DNA from: a virus
Taxonomy: Duplodnaviria; Caudoviricetes
IMG/VR virus record: IMGVR_UViG_3300010049_000001
Span: 1,510 to 65,509 of that record
Strand: one strand, 5' to 3'
DNA: 64,000 bases
Positions 1 to 8,933 of this stretch are shown here, in pieces. The position numbers and the translations under genes were made by a program. Under the pieces are notes generated by a model. The model was not told the origin of the DNA. It saw nothing but the letters and a program-made list of their open reading frames with translations, and did not search any database. The stretch's first letter is position 1; the number at the start of each line of letters is the position of its first letter.

Positions 1-1
1 G

Positions 2-121
2 CTCATGCGAAATATTCAACGTGTAGAAGCATGGCAACAGGATATAAAGACTGCTCGTAAGGATGCAGTTTATGTATTCTCGTCTATGCAAAACAATCGC
101 AGAAACTTTAGTCCATTATGA
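2..121 (+). CDS. 3' end of an upstream virion gene (partial)
   Basis: Open frame from 2 to TGA at 119-121 (LMRNIQRVEAWQQ...NFSPL*); the stop overlaps the next ATG (ATGA). Confidence 0.6.
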   Translation, partial: LMRNIQRVEAWQQDIKTARKDAVYVFSSMQNNRRNFSPL

Positions 122-831
122 CCACAGTTGCTGACTATCTCTTGACGATTGCTGCGGTGCTTGGTGACGATGAGCCAATGCATGAATATACCCGCTACAC
201 TCGTAAGATGCTTTTGGATTCTATCAATGCAGCTGTTCAAGCTGCAGCAGTTCCAAGGAGCGACCTATTTACTGAGCACAAAATCGTTAAATTAAACCCA
301 GGAACTTATCAGGACATAAGGGGTTGCTTTGATAATGTTTTCGACGTTCAAGCACAAGTTGACGAGAGCGGGAATATCCTACGGAAGCTCGATGGTTCTC
401 GTGCATTGATGACCACGGTTAAGAGTCAGTGGAGTAAAGCTTCTGCCTTGGCTGATACTAGACATACAGGTTTTCTATTAGCCTCTGTCACATTGGATGC
501 TACTTTTAATGGCCGTTTTCAAGTTACCCCAGCTATTCCTGTAGAGAAAGATGTATATGTTCTTGTTAAAGGTTTTAAATATCCAAGGCCTTTGACCGAA
601 GCAGATCTTACTTCCGAATTGACTTTGCCGCCAGCTGTGATGAATGCGGCTTATTACTTTGTTCTCTCCAGAATGAAACTGGTAGATCGAAATACACAAG
701 AGAGTCAGGCTCACATGCAGACATTCCTTACTCTACTTAATCTGACTGATATATCAGAACGAGCAGCTGAGTCTGTGCTGGCAGCACCAGACGGTTCAGT
801 GCCAACGACTGGTGGAGTGAAACAATCATGA
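118..831 (+). CDS. Head-tail adaptor / tail tubular protein A-like
   Basis: N-terminus (ADYLLTIAAVLGDD...RYTRKMLLDSINAAV...RSDLF) resembles podophage adaptor proteins; lies downstream of the capsid genes if the genome is circularised. Confidence 0.55.
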   Translation: MTTVADYLLTIAAVLGDDEPMHEYTRYTRKMLLDSINAAVQAAAVPRSDLFTEHKIVKLNPGTYQDIRGCFDNVFDVQAQVDESGNILRKLDGSRALMTTVKSQWSKASALADTRHTGFLLASVTLDATFNGRFQVTPAIPVEKDVYVLVKGFKYPRPLTEADLTSELTLPPAVMNAAYYFVLSRMKLVDRNTQESQAHMQTFLTLLNLTDISERAAESVLAAPDGSVPTTGGVKQS

Positions 832-2126
832 ATGAAGAACAACAATGCTGCTGCGAGAAATGCCCGCCTCCGCCTGATCCGGTTCTTCCTCGGTGTAACA
901 TTGCATTGCCAGATGGTGTCTATCAGCACGCTACCCTTGTAATCGAAAATGGTTGCATAGTTGAAGTGCGAGAAGGTGAACCATTTATCTATACCCCTCA
1001 ACCATGTTGCTCAACTGGTGGGGGTTCTGACGGAGGCGGCGGTACCCCTACAGATGGAATTGCTGTTGCACAAAGCCAAAGTATTCAGCTAACTGGTGAT
1101 GGGACATCCGGAACACCTTTGACAGCGAATGTTAGAGTTTCAGGTTCAACTGGAAATACTCTACAGATTAGAGCTGATGGTTTATTTGCAGCCGGTGGTG
1201 ATGGGAGTGGTGGGAGTTCTATTGTTCGTGTAGCGAACTCCCCTTCTTTAAATCTATCTGGTACTGGTACTCTTACTGATCCTATTTCTGGATCGGTGCG
1301 AATTGATCCTCGTGATCCAGATAACTTCTTAACCATGACAGATCAAGGGTTAGAAGCGAATGGAAGAAACATTCCAGTCAGCGCTGATTTGGATAATATT
1401 ACCCGTAAAGGATCGGATGGATTGATCTCTACTGTTCTACAATATGTAGATGAGACTTTCCTAACACCAATTCGAATTGGCGGAGCAGGAAATGCTATTG
1501 ATCCGCTTGCTGCTTTTTTAAATTTTTCTACTTCATCAGATAGCGCCCTTATGATGGATCAAGAGGGCGGAACGGTTACACTAAAAGCATGGCGATATAT
1601 CGATTTCGATGTTTCGCATATGAATGATTCTATTACCAATCCTTGTGGAAGATATATTCGACTTGTCAATAAGCATACAAGAGATTTTATCATCATCGGA
1701 GATGTTCAACTTGCATGTAGTGCAGCAAGTAGTATGATAGTTAATCCAACAGGGTATACACCTTCAACTACTATTACGGGGGGTATGGGTGGTACTGTTC
1801 CGCAGATGCTTGTAACTTTAGATTCAATGATTTCGTGGCAATCGATACTTCAATTTACGCCGTTCAATAATCATGCCTGTCAACAGCTTATGACGTTTTC
1901 TTCACCTGTTAGTTATTTAACACATCCAATAAGTGCTGTTATAACTAGTGCCAATCCAAATGATTATGCAACCATTCGTGGATGGTATTATGGAAATGCT
2001 CGTCCAGCTACAAGACCGGCGACAGTTCAATTGACTTATCTGGCTTTCTTCAAGAGTTTGTTACCTCCTGCGATCATCAACCCAACGGTTCCACCAAACC
2101 CTCCTATAGGTACTGAAAAATGGTAG
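828..2126 (+). CDS. Fibre-like structural protein with Cys-rich N-terminus
   Basis: CCCEKCPPPP start; two SI.L.G.GT...P(L/I)...V......N.L....(D/Q)GL repeats also present in the 42042 fibre. Confidence 0.55.
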   Translation: MNEEQQCCCEKCPPPPDPVLPRCNIALPDGVYQHATLVIENGCIVEVREGEPFIYTPQPCCSTGGGSDGGGGTPTDGIAVAQSQSIQLTGDGTSGTPLTANVRVSGSTGNTLQIRADGLFAAGGDGSGGSSIVRVANSPSLNLSGTGTLTDPISGSVRIDPRDPDNFLTMTDQGLEANGRNIPVSADLDNITRKGSDGLISTVLQYVDETFLTPIRIGGAGNAIDPLAAFLNFSTSSDSALMMDQEGGTVTLKAWRYIDFDVSHMNDSITNPCGRYIRLVNKHTRDFIIIGDVQLACSAASSMIVNPTGYTPSTTITGGMGGTVPQMLVTLDSMISWQSILQFTPFNNHACQQLMTFSSPVSYLTHPISAVITSANPNDYATIRGWYYGNARPATRPATVQLTYLAFFKSLLPPAIINPTVPPNPPIGTEKW

Positions 2127-2737
2127 ATGAGCTTGAAAAGCGTACGCCTCGCCGCGGTGATGGTACTCGTAGATGGGATCCACAGAACCGTCAGATGAGT
2201 TTTACTATTGGACAGGTTAATTCTGTTGCTTGGGATCAACCACCGTCAGTAGTCAACATAGGATCAGAGAACCATGTTAACTTGGTTTTTGGAATACCTT
2301 CCGGAGTTCCTGGTAAGGACGCTCCTGAGGGAACAGGTATATCTATTACACAGAATGGGTTTGTAGTAGATAATGGATTAGTTAAAGCTGTCCCACCAAT
2401 GCCAGAAGTTCGAGCTGTTACCACAGAAGTTGGTGAAGGGATTTCTTTATCTGCTTTCATTACAAAAGAAGGTGTTCTCGAACTTAAAGTTGATGCTGTT
2501 GGGCTTAGAAAACATATTGATATCCAACTCGAGTTGTTTTCTCGTGAGGTAGAATATGTAAAGGGCTTCGTCGATGAAGGAACATTTAAAGCACGTGTTT
2601 CTGAATATAGAGAAAAATGGGTTGAAGCTGAAAGTAAATGGGCGATGCTCAATGAGCAATTTATGAGGTTATTACAAGATTATAATTACTTCAAGACGAT
2701 AATGATCCAAGCTCATCCAACACTAATTCAGTCATGA
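2120..2737 (+). CDS. Structural protein, fibre-linker motif plus coiled coil
   Basis: PSVVNIGSENHVNLVFGIPSGVPG matches a linker motif common in collagen-like phage fibres; C-terminal heptads. Confidence 0.45.
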   Translation: MVDELEKRTPRRGDGTRRWDPQNRQMSFTIGQVNSVAWDQPPSVVNIGSENHVNLVFGIPSGVPGKDAPEGTGISITQNGFVVDNGLVKAVPPMPEVRAVTTEVGEGISLSAFITKEGVLELKVDAVGLRKHIDIQLELFSREVEYVKGFVDEGTFKARVSEYREKWVEAESKWAMLNEQFMRLLQDYNYFKTIMIQAHPTLIQS

Positions 2738-2738
2738 T

Positions 2739-4382
2739 ATGGCCGCTCCTACCATCACCTACAATTTCTTTCGGGGTAGCGTACCACGAATAGCCGCACA
2801 TCTTCTACGTGAAGGTGATGCGCAACGTGCGCTTGATGTTCGATTGGAAACGGGTAGATTAGAAGCATGGCGCGAACCTTCTCTTGAGCTAGCTACTAAG
2901 CCTGAAACAAAAACAGTCTATTTATATGATTGTTGCTGGTTAGAATTTCCAGCATGTGTATCAGTAACTGAAGGATCAGTAACATGTAGAGAAATCTATG
3001 TTACAGGTCTTGCTGGTTTCCCAATTGAAGGTAGGGTCGAAGATGACTGTTCAGTTTCATGGCGCCGCCTTGGAATGCCTTGCCCATTATTTCCGCCACG
3101 AGTAACTGATCCAAACGATTTATCAAACAAAGATGTAGAAGGTCGATCCTATTGCTATGCCTATGTTAATAGAGCAGGCGCAGTAGGACAGATGTCTCCT
3201 GGATCTTCTCCAATACTTATCAACGATGGGACATGTGTCACTGTCTCCGGTTGGGAAATTCCACCGGCTGAATGGGACATCACCGAAGTTCAGATCTATC
3301 GCTCGGTCTCGGCTAATCTCTCCGGCCAAGCACCAGGAGCGGTAGATCTGGCTAACAACAAACAAGATACTTTTTGGATGGTGGTTGGTAAAACTTCTAT
3401 CACCTCTCCAACCTTTATAGATTGTAGAGTAAATGAAGAGTTAACCTCTTCTTCTCAATATACCTACATGCCTCCCCCTCCAGCAAACTTAGAAGGAATC
3501 GGTTCAATCTCTTCGATGAATGTTCTATTCGGGTTTGTAGGGAATAAACTTTACTTCACGGAGAATAATAATCCACATGCTTGGATTCATTCATACACCT
3601 TGGATGATAACATTCGAGCAGTGACTTACTCTGATGGAATGATCTATGTTGCTACAGATGGTCATCCTTATATGCTTTCTGCTACTGATGAATGCGATCA
3701 CGCTGGATGCCGAAGGGTGGTTCGATTTGATGAAGCACTTCCAATGGTTGGTTTTGGTGTTCGTCGCATGGCAGCAGTACCGGGTGGAGCAGTTTATCCT
3801 TCGCATAAAGGTCTTGTGTTGCTTGGTGACAAAGGGCGTGCGAAGCTTATAACTTATAACCTGTACTCTCCAGAACAATGGCAAAGATTGCAACCGGACT
3901 CTATTACACCTATATTCCATGTGGGGAAACTTTTTGTCTTCGGAAAGGGAGGCTCCTTCGTTATAACACTCAAAGGTGGCGCGGAGGATCTATGGGCTTT
4001 CGATGGTCATTCAGAGCTTTCCGATCGTGTGCTCGACGCATTCGAATCCAGACAAGGATTTCTTTACCTACACAAGACCGATGGAGTATATCGTTGGGAA
4101 GGATCTTCCACGCGAAGATCTTACCTATGGCTTTCACCAAAGGCACTGATGCCAAGACATGAAGCATATGGAATAGTTTATGTTCGAGTCGATTCAGGCG
4201 GTATTGGTCATATTAGAATCCTTCGTGACGGACATTTAGTATCCGATCGCGATGTATTCAAAACTCAATACTATACTCTTCCAAATTGGGCTGTCGGAAT
4301 GAGTTGGGAAATTGAAGTGACTGGTACAGCCTCGGTGTCTGTAGTCTCTATAGCCACACAGCGCGAAGGATTGATGACATGA
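2739..4382 (+). CDS. Tail tubular protein B / nozzle-like
   Basis: 547 aa, beta-rich; FRGSVPRIAAHLL...ALDVRLETGRLEAW start typical of podophage nozzle proteins; position before the ejection genes. Confidence 0.55.
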   Translation: MAAPTITYNFFRGSVPRIAAHLLREGDAQRALDVRLETGRLEAWREPSLELATKPETKTVYLYDCCWLEFPACVSVTEGSVTCREIYVTGLAGFPIEGRVEDDCSVSWRRLGMPCPLFPPRVTDPNDLSNKDVEGRSYCYAYVNRAGAVGQMSPGSSPILINDGTCVTVSGWEIPPAEWDITEVQIYRSVSANLSGQAPGAVDLANNKQDTFWMVVGKTSITSPTFIDCRVNEELTSSSQYTYMPPPPANLEGIGSISSMNVLFGFVGNKLYFTENNNPHAWIHSYTLDDNIRAVTYSDGMIYVATDGHPYMLSATDECDHAGCRRVVRFDEALPMVGFGVRRMAAVPGGAVYPSHKGLVLLGDKGRAKLITYNLYSPEQWQRLQPDSITPIFHVGKLFVFGKGGSFVITLKGGAEDLWAFDGHSELSDRVLDAFESRQGFLYLHKTDGVYRWEGSSTRRSYLWLSPKALMPRHEAYGIVYVRVDSGGIGHIRILRDGHLVSDRDVFKTQYYTLPNWAVGMSWEIEVTGTASVSVVSIATQREGLMT

Positions 4383-4765
4383 AAGTAGCAGTCTATCATC
4401 CTTCACCAAAAGCTGATGAATCGACCCCTCTTCTTTCTGTTTTGATATCGGAGATGGCTGAGATTGGTTGGAGAATATCGAACGAAATGTTTTGTGTTCA
4501 ATTCTTATCTAATCAACTCATGATGATTGGATTTGAAGATGATCGAGGTGAACGTATCCTCCAGCTTGGAATGGCACAACGTCGTTGGCGCTGGTGGGAA
4601 AACGAAAAATGGGTTGTTATAATCAAAATGACCGGGGACGATATACTAAACGCCTACCGCTCTCTCGTTAAGGCAACTGATGCCGACTTCTTAGTATGGG
4701 AAGAAAAACTGGAGGACGGGAATATACTCTTGCATAAAGAGCCCGTTATAAGGAATGCCAGCTAA
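4379..4765 (+). CDS. Hypothetical tail-assembly protein
   Basis: ATGA-coupled 128-aa ORF between the nozzle and the internal proteins. Confidence 0.45.
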   Translation: MKVAVYHPSPKADESTPLLSVLISEMAEIGWRISNEMFCVQFLSNQLMMIGFEDDRGERILQLGMAQRRWRWWENEKWVVIIKMTGDDILNAYRSLVKATDADFLVWEEKLEDGNILLHKEPVIRNAS

Positions 4766-5642
4766 TACAGTCTTCGATACTGCTTATGTTGAAGCTGCCG
4801 TCAATAAAGCGCTAGCGGCAATTGAGGCTGCTACTACGCAGCGGAACTGGGATATAGCTCTTTGCCTGGCTCAGGTTGCTCTCCAACGTTTTGCATCAAA
4901 TAGTGCTAATGCAATTGCTGAATGGCAACTTGCTATCGCTGAAGATTATCAGCGGCAGTGGGAGAAATTTCTTCCATATGAACGCCAGTTAGCCATTGAT
5001 GTATTTAATATTCCAAAGTATCTAGCTCAATATTTATCATTAGCTTTACAATACGATGACATTATGGAAGATTCGTTTTATGCGAATCATGATGATCTTT
5101 TGGATTGGCTTGAAAAGAAATGCGCTGAAACAAATCCATGTGCCGATGGACGTTGGTTAAATGAGATGGCCTTAGCTCGGGCAGATATGATGAGCTACGC
5201 AGCACGGGTTGAAGAACAACGTGAACAAGCATTGAATGACCGACGCTACGCATGGCAGTACGCAGTTCTAATGCTTGGTAAGAATACTGTAGGTTCTATC
5301 GCTGGGTTTGCTCAACTAGCTGGAGATGCAGTAGGAACAACAAACGACATGATGCAAGGGCTTATTCGTTTCGGAGTTCATGCCTTGACCTACACACCAC
5401 CACAAGCCAATGTTCCATGGACACCGCAGGCAAATGTTTCTACAGCTGGATACAATGTAGGTGTTCGTCAGATGTACATGGAACCACCAAATACCGGAAG
5501 GATAGATAATGTAGAACTTCCTGCTCATAGTGGAGCTGACATCCGTTTCGAACCTTTTAAGTTTGACTTCGCTGCTGGTAAGCAACAAAGAACTCGTAGC
5601 GATGAAGTTCGTAGCGAGGAAAACAATGACCGGAATCAGTAG
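4755..5642 (+). CDS. Internal virion (ejection) protein
   Basis: Ala/Gln-rich helical protein; appears paralogous to the next gene. Confidence 0.5.
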   Translation: MPANTVFDTAYVEAAVNKALAAIEAATTQRNWDIALCLAQVALQRFASNSANAIAEWQLAIAEDYQRQWEKFLPYERQLAIDVFNIPKYLAQYLSLALQYDDIMEDSFYANHDDLLDWLEKKCAETNPCADGRWLNEMALARADMMSYAARVEEQREQALNDRRYAWQYAVLMLGKNTVGSIAGFAQLAGDAVGTTNDMMQGLIRFGVHALTYTPPQANVPWTPQANVSTAGYNVGVRQMYMEPPNTGRIDNVELPAHSGADIRFEPFKFDFAAGKQQRTRSDEVRSEENNDRNQ

Positions 5643-6702
5643 TCACGGCTACACATCAGCAGAATACTATTACGCATGGGGGGCTAAAGAAGTAGCTACT
5701 CAGCGTCAGATAGCTATGCTCGCTAATCTAGCAATCATGACTGCTGCGGCCATCGAAGCTTACACTAAGCAAAAAGCTGCTGCCGATCGGACAATGAACA
5801 TCACGCAGAAGCAGCTAAATCGTCTCAAAGAAATCTATTGGCCAAGGGAACTTCAACACCTCGAAGAGTTCGCTGGTAACCCTGAACCGATTGAGCCTAT
5901 TGAGGTCATGGGTTCACGCTATGGTGGTCGTTTAAATGCAGCCGTAGCAGGAGCTTACGCAAAAGCAATTCTGGAAGTTGAATGTAAGGCTTCTCGATAT
6001 TGTACTTCCGCTAATGAACAGGCTATGGAATCAATATTCATTGGCCGAGCAATTGACGAAGCAAATGCCCGAGTCAAGGGTAGGCAAATTGCTTTTGCCG
6101 AGTATAGAGCGAAAGAGGATGTTAACTTTGACCGACGAATTAAAGCAATTGGTATTGGTGCAGGAGCAATTGGTGATGCTGCTTCCCTTGCTGGAAAAGC
6201 TGCTGCTACCTTCGCTGGACAATTTGCACAATACTTCGGTGGTATGAGCGATGCATTAAAAGGTTTTGCTTACGCTGCTCGAACACCCTATACTTCTAGC
6301 CAGCAGTTTCATACTGATCTACAAAGACAGATGGAGCAACAATTTGGTATAGCTGATTTCAATGCTACATATTCTGGAACTGATAACTCAATTGGTTCTG
6401 GTGTAAGAATGAATCCTCTTGGAACTAGCTTACTAAATGATCCACTCATGAAAGGAAACACCGAAGCACGTGATGCTTTTGGTCCAGGTATTGATATAAA
6501 TATGACCGCAGGTATGGAGCGTGATTGGTTCTATGAACAAACAAACAACGCTTCGACTCCAATGTGGATGAATATTGATCGAAGTGGTATGCAAACGTTC
6601 CCGGTGTCTATGGCTGTAGCATATGTTACTATCGATCAATTCGATTTTGTATATGTTGATGATGTAGAAGTTACCCGACACATCTACGGAAAACCGCTCT
6701 AA
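5626..6702 (+). CDS. Internal virion (ejection) protein; start revised to ATG 5626
   Basis: GAGGA Shine-Dalgarno before ATG 5626; Gly/Ala amphipathic segment AIGIGAGAIGDAASLAG. Confidence 0.5.
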   Translation: MTGISSHGYTSAEYYYAWGAKEVATQRQIAMLANLAIMTAAAIEAYTKQKAAADRTMNITQKQLNRLKEIYWPRELQHLEEFAGNPEPIEPIEVMGSRYGGRLNAAVAGAYAKAILEVECKASRYCTSANEQAMESIFIGRAIDEANARVKGRQIAFAEYRAKEDVNFDRRIKAIGIGAGAIGDAASLAGKAAATFAGQFAQYFGGMSDALKGFAYAARTPYTSSQQFHTDLQRQMEQQFGIADFNATYSGTDNSIGSGVRMNPLGTSLLNDPLMKGNTEARDAFGPGIDINMTAGMERDWFYEQTNNASTPMWMNIDRSGMQTFPVSMAVAYVTIDQFDFVYVDDVEVTRHIYGKPL

Positions 6703-6711
6703 GGAACTGCT

Positions 6712-7674
6712 ATGCCATCCTTCAATCTTTCATTCGGTCAACCATTATGGGAAGCAGACAGACAAGCTCTGGCCATGAATCAAGGCTTGCTTGACTATGG
6801 TAATCAGTACCGAGCATCTGTAGAGACAAATCGTTTGTTAGATCAATCCAGATCAGCAGATGCTTATCTTAGTACTTTAGCAGGCAATCAACAACGCGCT
6901 GCGATGATGGGTCATACCCCAACTGAATTTTGGACGAATCAGCAAGCTGAGATTATGGCTGACCCAAACTTCCAAACTTATACACCGGAGACTCAAGCTG
7001 AAATCCTGAAACGGCTGCGAACACAGCAGCTGGATTGGCAGAATCAACTTGCCCAACAAGGTAATCTCTACGAATCTCAGCAGTTTGGACAAGCCGCAGG
7101 TATCAACCCGATTGTAAGTGATCTTATGATAGCACTACAAGCCGGTAATGCACCAGCAGTAGCTGGGGCGATGAATGCAGCTAATCCACTTGCAGCGCTT
7201 GCAGCAACCCCACAAGGCGGATTACAAGTTGGACAAACTACATTACCGCCCGGTGTAGGTATGTTGGGAATGGCACAGAATCCAATGATGGCTGGTGCTA
7301 CCTTAGCTGATAGAGTAGCTGCTTATCAACAGATGCTTAACCAGCAACAGCAACAGAGCGCAATGCTTCAACAGGTTCTTCAAATGCAAGGGGCTGGGCG
7401 TCAGCCGTTTGTTCCTGGAACACCGCTTCCAAAACTTCAAGAAGCACATCCAGCAGACAATTATACCTCCCCAGAATCATTACCTCCGATGAGTTTTAAT
7501 TCCTATCAGGATGCAGAAAGAGTTTTTCCGGGAATTGCTAGTCAATATGGGCCTGATTCTGAATTGTATAAGCTTATGCAGCAACAACGTATGCCAGTGC
7601 CAGGACAAGCTCCTCCAGAAATTCCACAATGGCTTACGCAATACCTTCGGATGCAACAGGGAGGTAAAAAATAA
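6712..7674 (+). CDS. Internal virion protein, Gln/Pro/Met-rich
   Basis: AAGGA SD; low-complexity Q/A/G/M composition; position among the ejection genes. Confidence 0.5.
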   Translation: MPSFNLSFGQPLWEADRQALAMNQGLLDYGNQYRASVETNRLLDQSRSADAYLSTLAGNQQRAAMMGHTPTEFWTNQQAEIMADPNFQTYTPETQAEILKRLRTQQLDWQNQLAQQGNLYESQQFGQAAGINPIVSDLMIALQAGNAPAVAGAMNAANPLAALAATPQGGLQVGQTTLPPGVGMLGMAQNPMMAGATLADRVAAYQQMLNQQQQQSAMLQQVLQMQGAGRQPFVPGTPLPKLQEAHPADNYTSPESLPPMSFNSYQDAERVFPGIASQYGPDSELYKLMQQQRMPVPGQAPPEIPQWLTQYLRMQQGGKK

Positions 7675-8933
7675 TGGCCACTCCTCGCCAGCAAAAGCTT
7701 CGTGATAAATATACGCAAGCTCTTCAAGATCCAAACGTCCAAAAGATGCTTAACGCTATTGGAGGATCTGAATCTTCTAACCAATATGACATCCAATATG
7801 ATGGTACTTGGTCAGGAAGAAAAATAGATACTAGCAAAGCTCAAGGAGTAGCAGGACATCCTGGAACAAGTCTAGCAGATGATTCTTCGGCTGCTGGAAG
7901 ATACATGATTACTGGATTCCCATCTTCAAAAAGAAAAGATGGAAGGAAATCGACTTGGGAACGTGCTGTAGATGCTTTAGGTCTAACTGACTTTAATGAT
8001 CCTACTCAACAAGATTTAGCTGCTACTTGGCTTCTTGATCAAAGAAAATATAGCGGAAAGACAGGTCTCGAACTAGCAAAGGCTGGAGACTTTGCAGCAT
8101 CGGCAAGAGCGGCAGCTCCTGAATGGCACGCTATCAAAGAAAAAGGAGGAGATAATTATAAAGATTGGATAACTAAAAATATAGACAATCGAAAGCTTAT
8201 TCCTTTTGGGCAAATATCATCAAAAGAAGTTCTAGCAGCTCAAGGTGGAACACCAGGAGCCTATGGTGGCGCAACGCAAACACCTACGATAGATGGAATA
8301 ACACCTGTTTCTTTGGAGCAACCTACACAAGGACAAACTCTTTCGCCGCAGGCGCCCTTGCAGATGCCGGGTGATTTAGCTAACCGGTTGCGTGGGAACA
8401 TGACAGCAAGAGGAGCTGGCCAACCTATGCCTCCGCGTGACCCAACTATGGCAGCGTTGGATGATCCATGGCGTGCGCGTTTCTTAATGCAAACAGAAAA
8501 CGAACGAATGCTTACTCCTGGAACACCTGAATCATTTCAGGCGAATCCATTTCTTCGATTCTTTAATGCAATCTCTGGTCGAAAAAGCGAGGACATGGTT
8601 CCAATGAATCAAAGCCTCGCTAGTGCTTTATTTGGTGGTGGAACAAGGCAACAACCACAAGCTCCAATTGAAGATAGTTCTATGATGAACGTAGGAGCAC
8701 CTCAACTTCTTCCGAGTCCTTCGCAAACACCAACGCCTCAATCTTTTCCAGTGCAACCATATCCAGCTGCTGATATGCGTGCGCTCCCACCGCTGCGTGA
8801 AGCATTCGGTAATATAGCTAATAGTTTGCACCGCGAAGCTACTCAAAAAGTATTTGGAGAATCTCCACTTCTAAATGTGCGTTGGCCGGAAGGAATTGAC
8901 GCTACTATAAACTCTCAACTGGAGTTGAAATAA
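7674..8933 (+). CDS. Virion-associated lytic transglycosylase (lambda-R-like domain) with Q/P-rich tail
   Basis: NVQKMLNAIGGSES, SSAAGRYMI, TW...LGLTDF..PTQQDLAATWLL, GDF...EW are lambda-lysozyme-like motifs. Confidence 0.8.
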   Translation: MATPRQQKLRDKYTQALQDPNVQKMLNAIGGSESSNQYDIQYDGTWSGRKIDTSKAQGVAGHPGTSLADDSSAAGRYMITGFPSSKRKDGRKSTWERAVDALGLTDFNDPTQQDLAATWLLDQRKYSGKTGLELAKAGDFAASARAAAPEWHAIKEKGGDNYKDWITKNIDNRKLIPFGQISSKEVLAAQGGTPGAYGGATQTPTIDGITPVSLEQPTQGQTLSPQAPLQMPGDLANRLRGNMTARGAGQPMPPRDPTMAALDDPWRARFLMQTENERMLTPGTPESFQANPFLRFFNAISGRKSEDMVPMNQSLASALFGGGTRQQPQAPIEDSSMMNVGAPQLLPSPSQTPTPQSFPVQPYPAADMRALPPLREAFGNIANSLHREATQKVFGESPLLNVRWPEGIDATINSQLELK

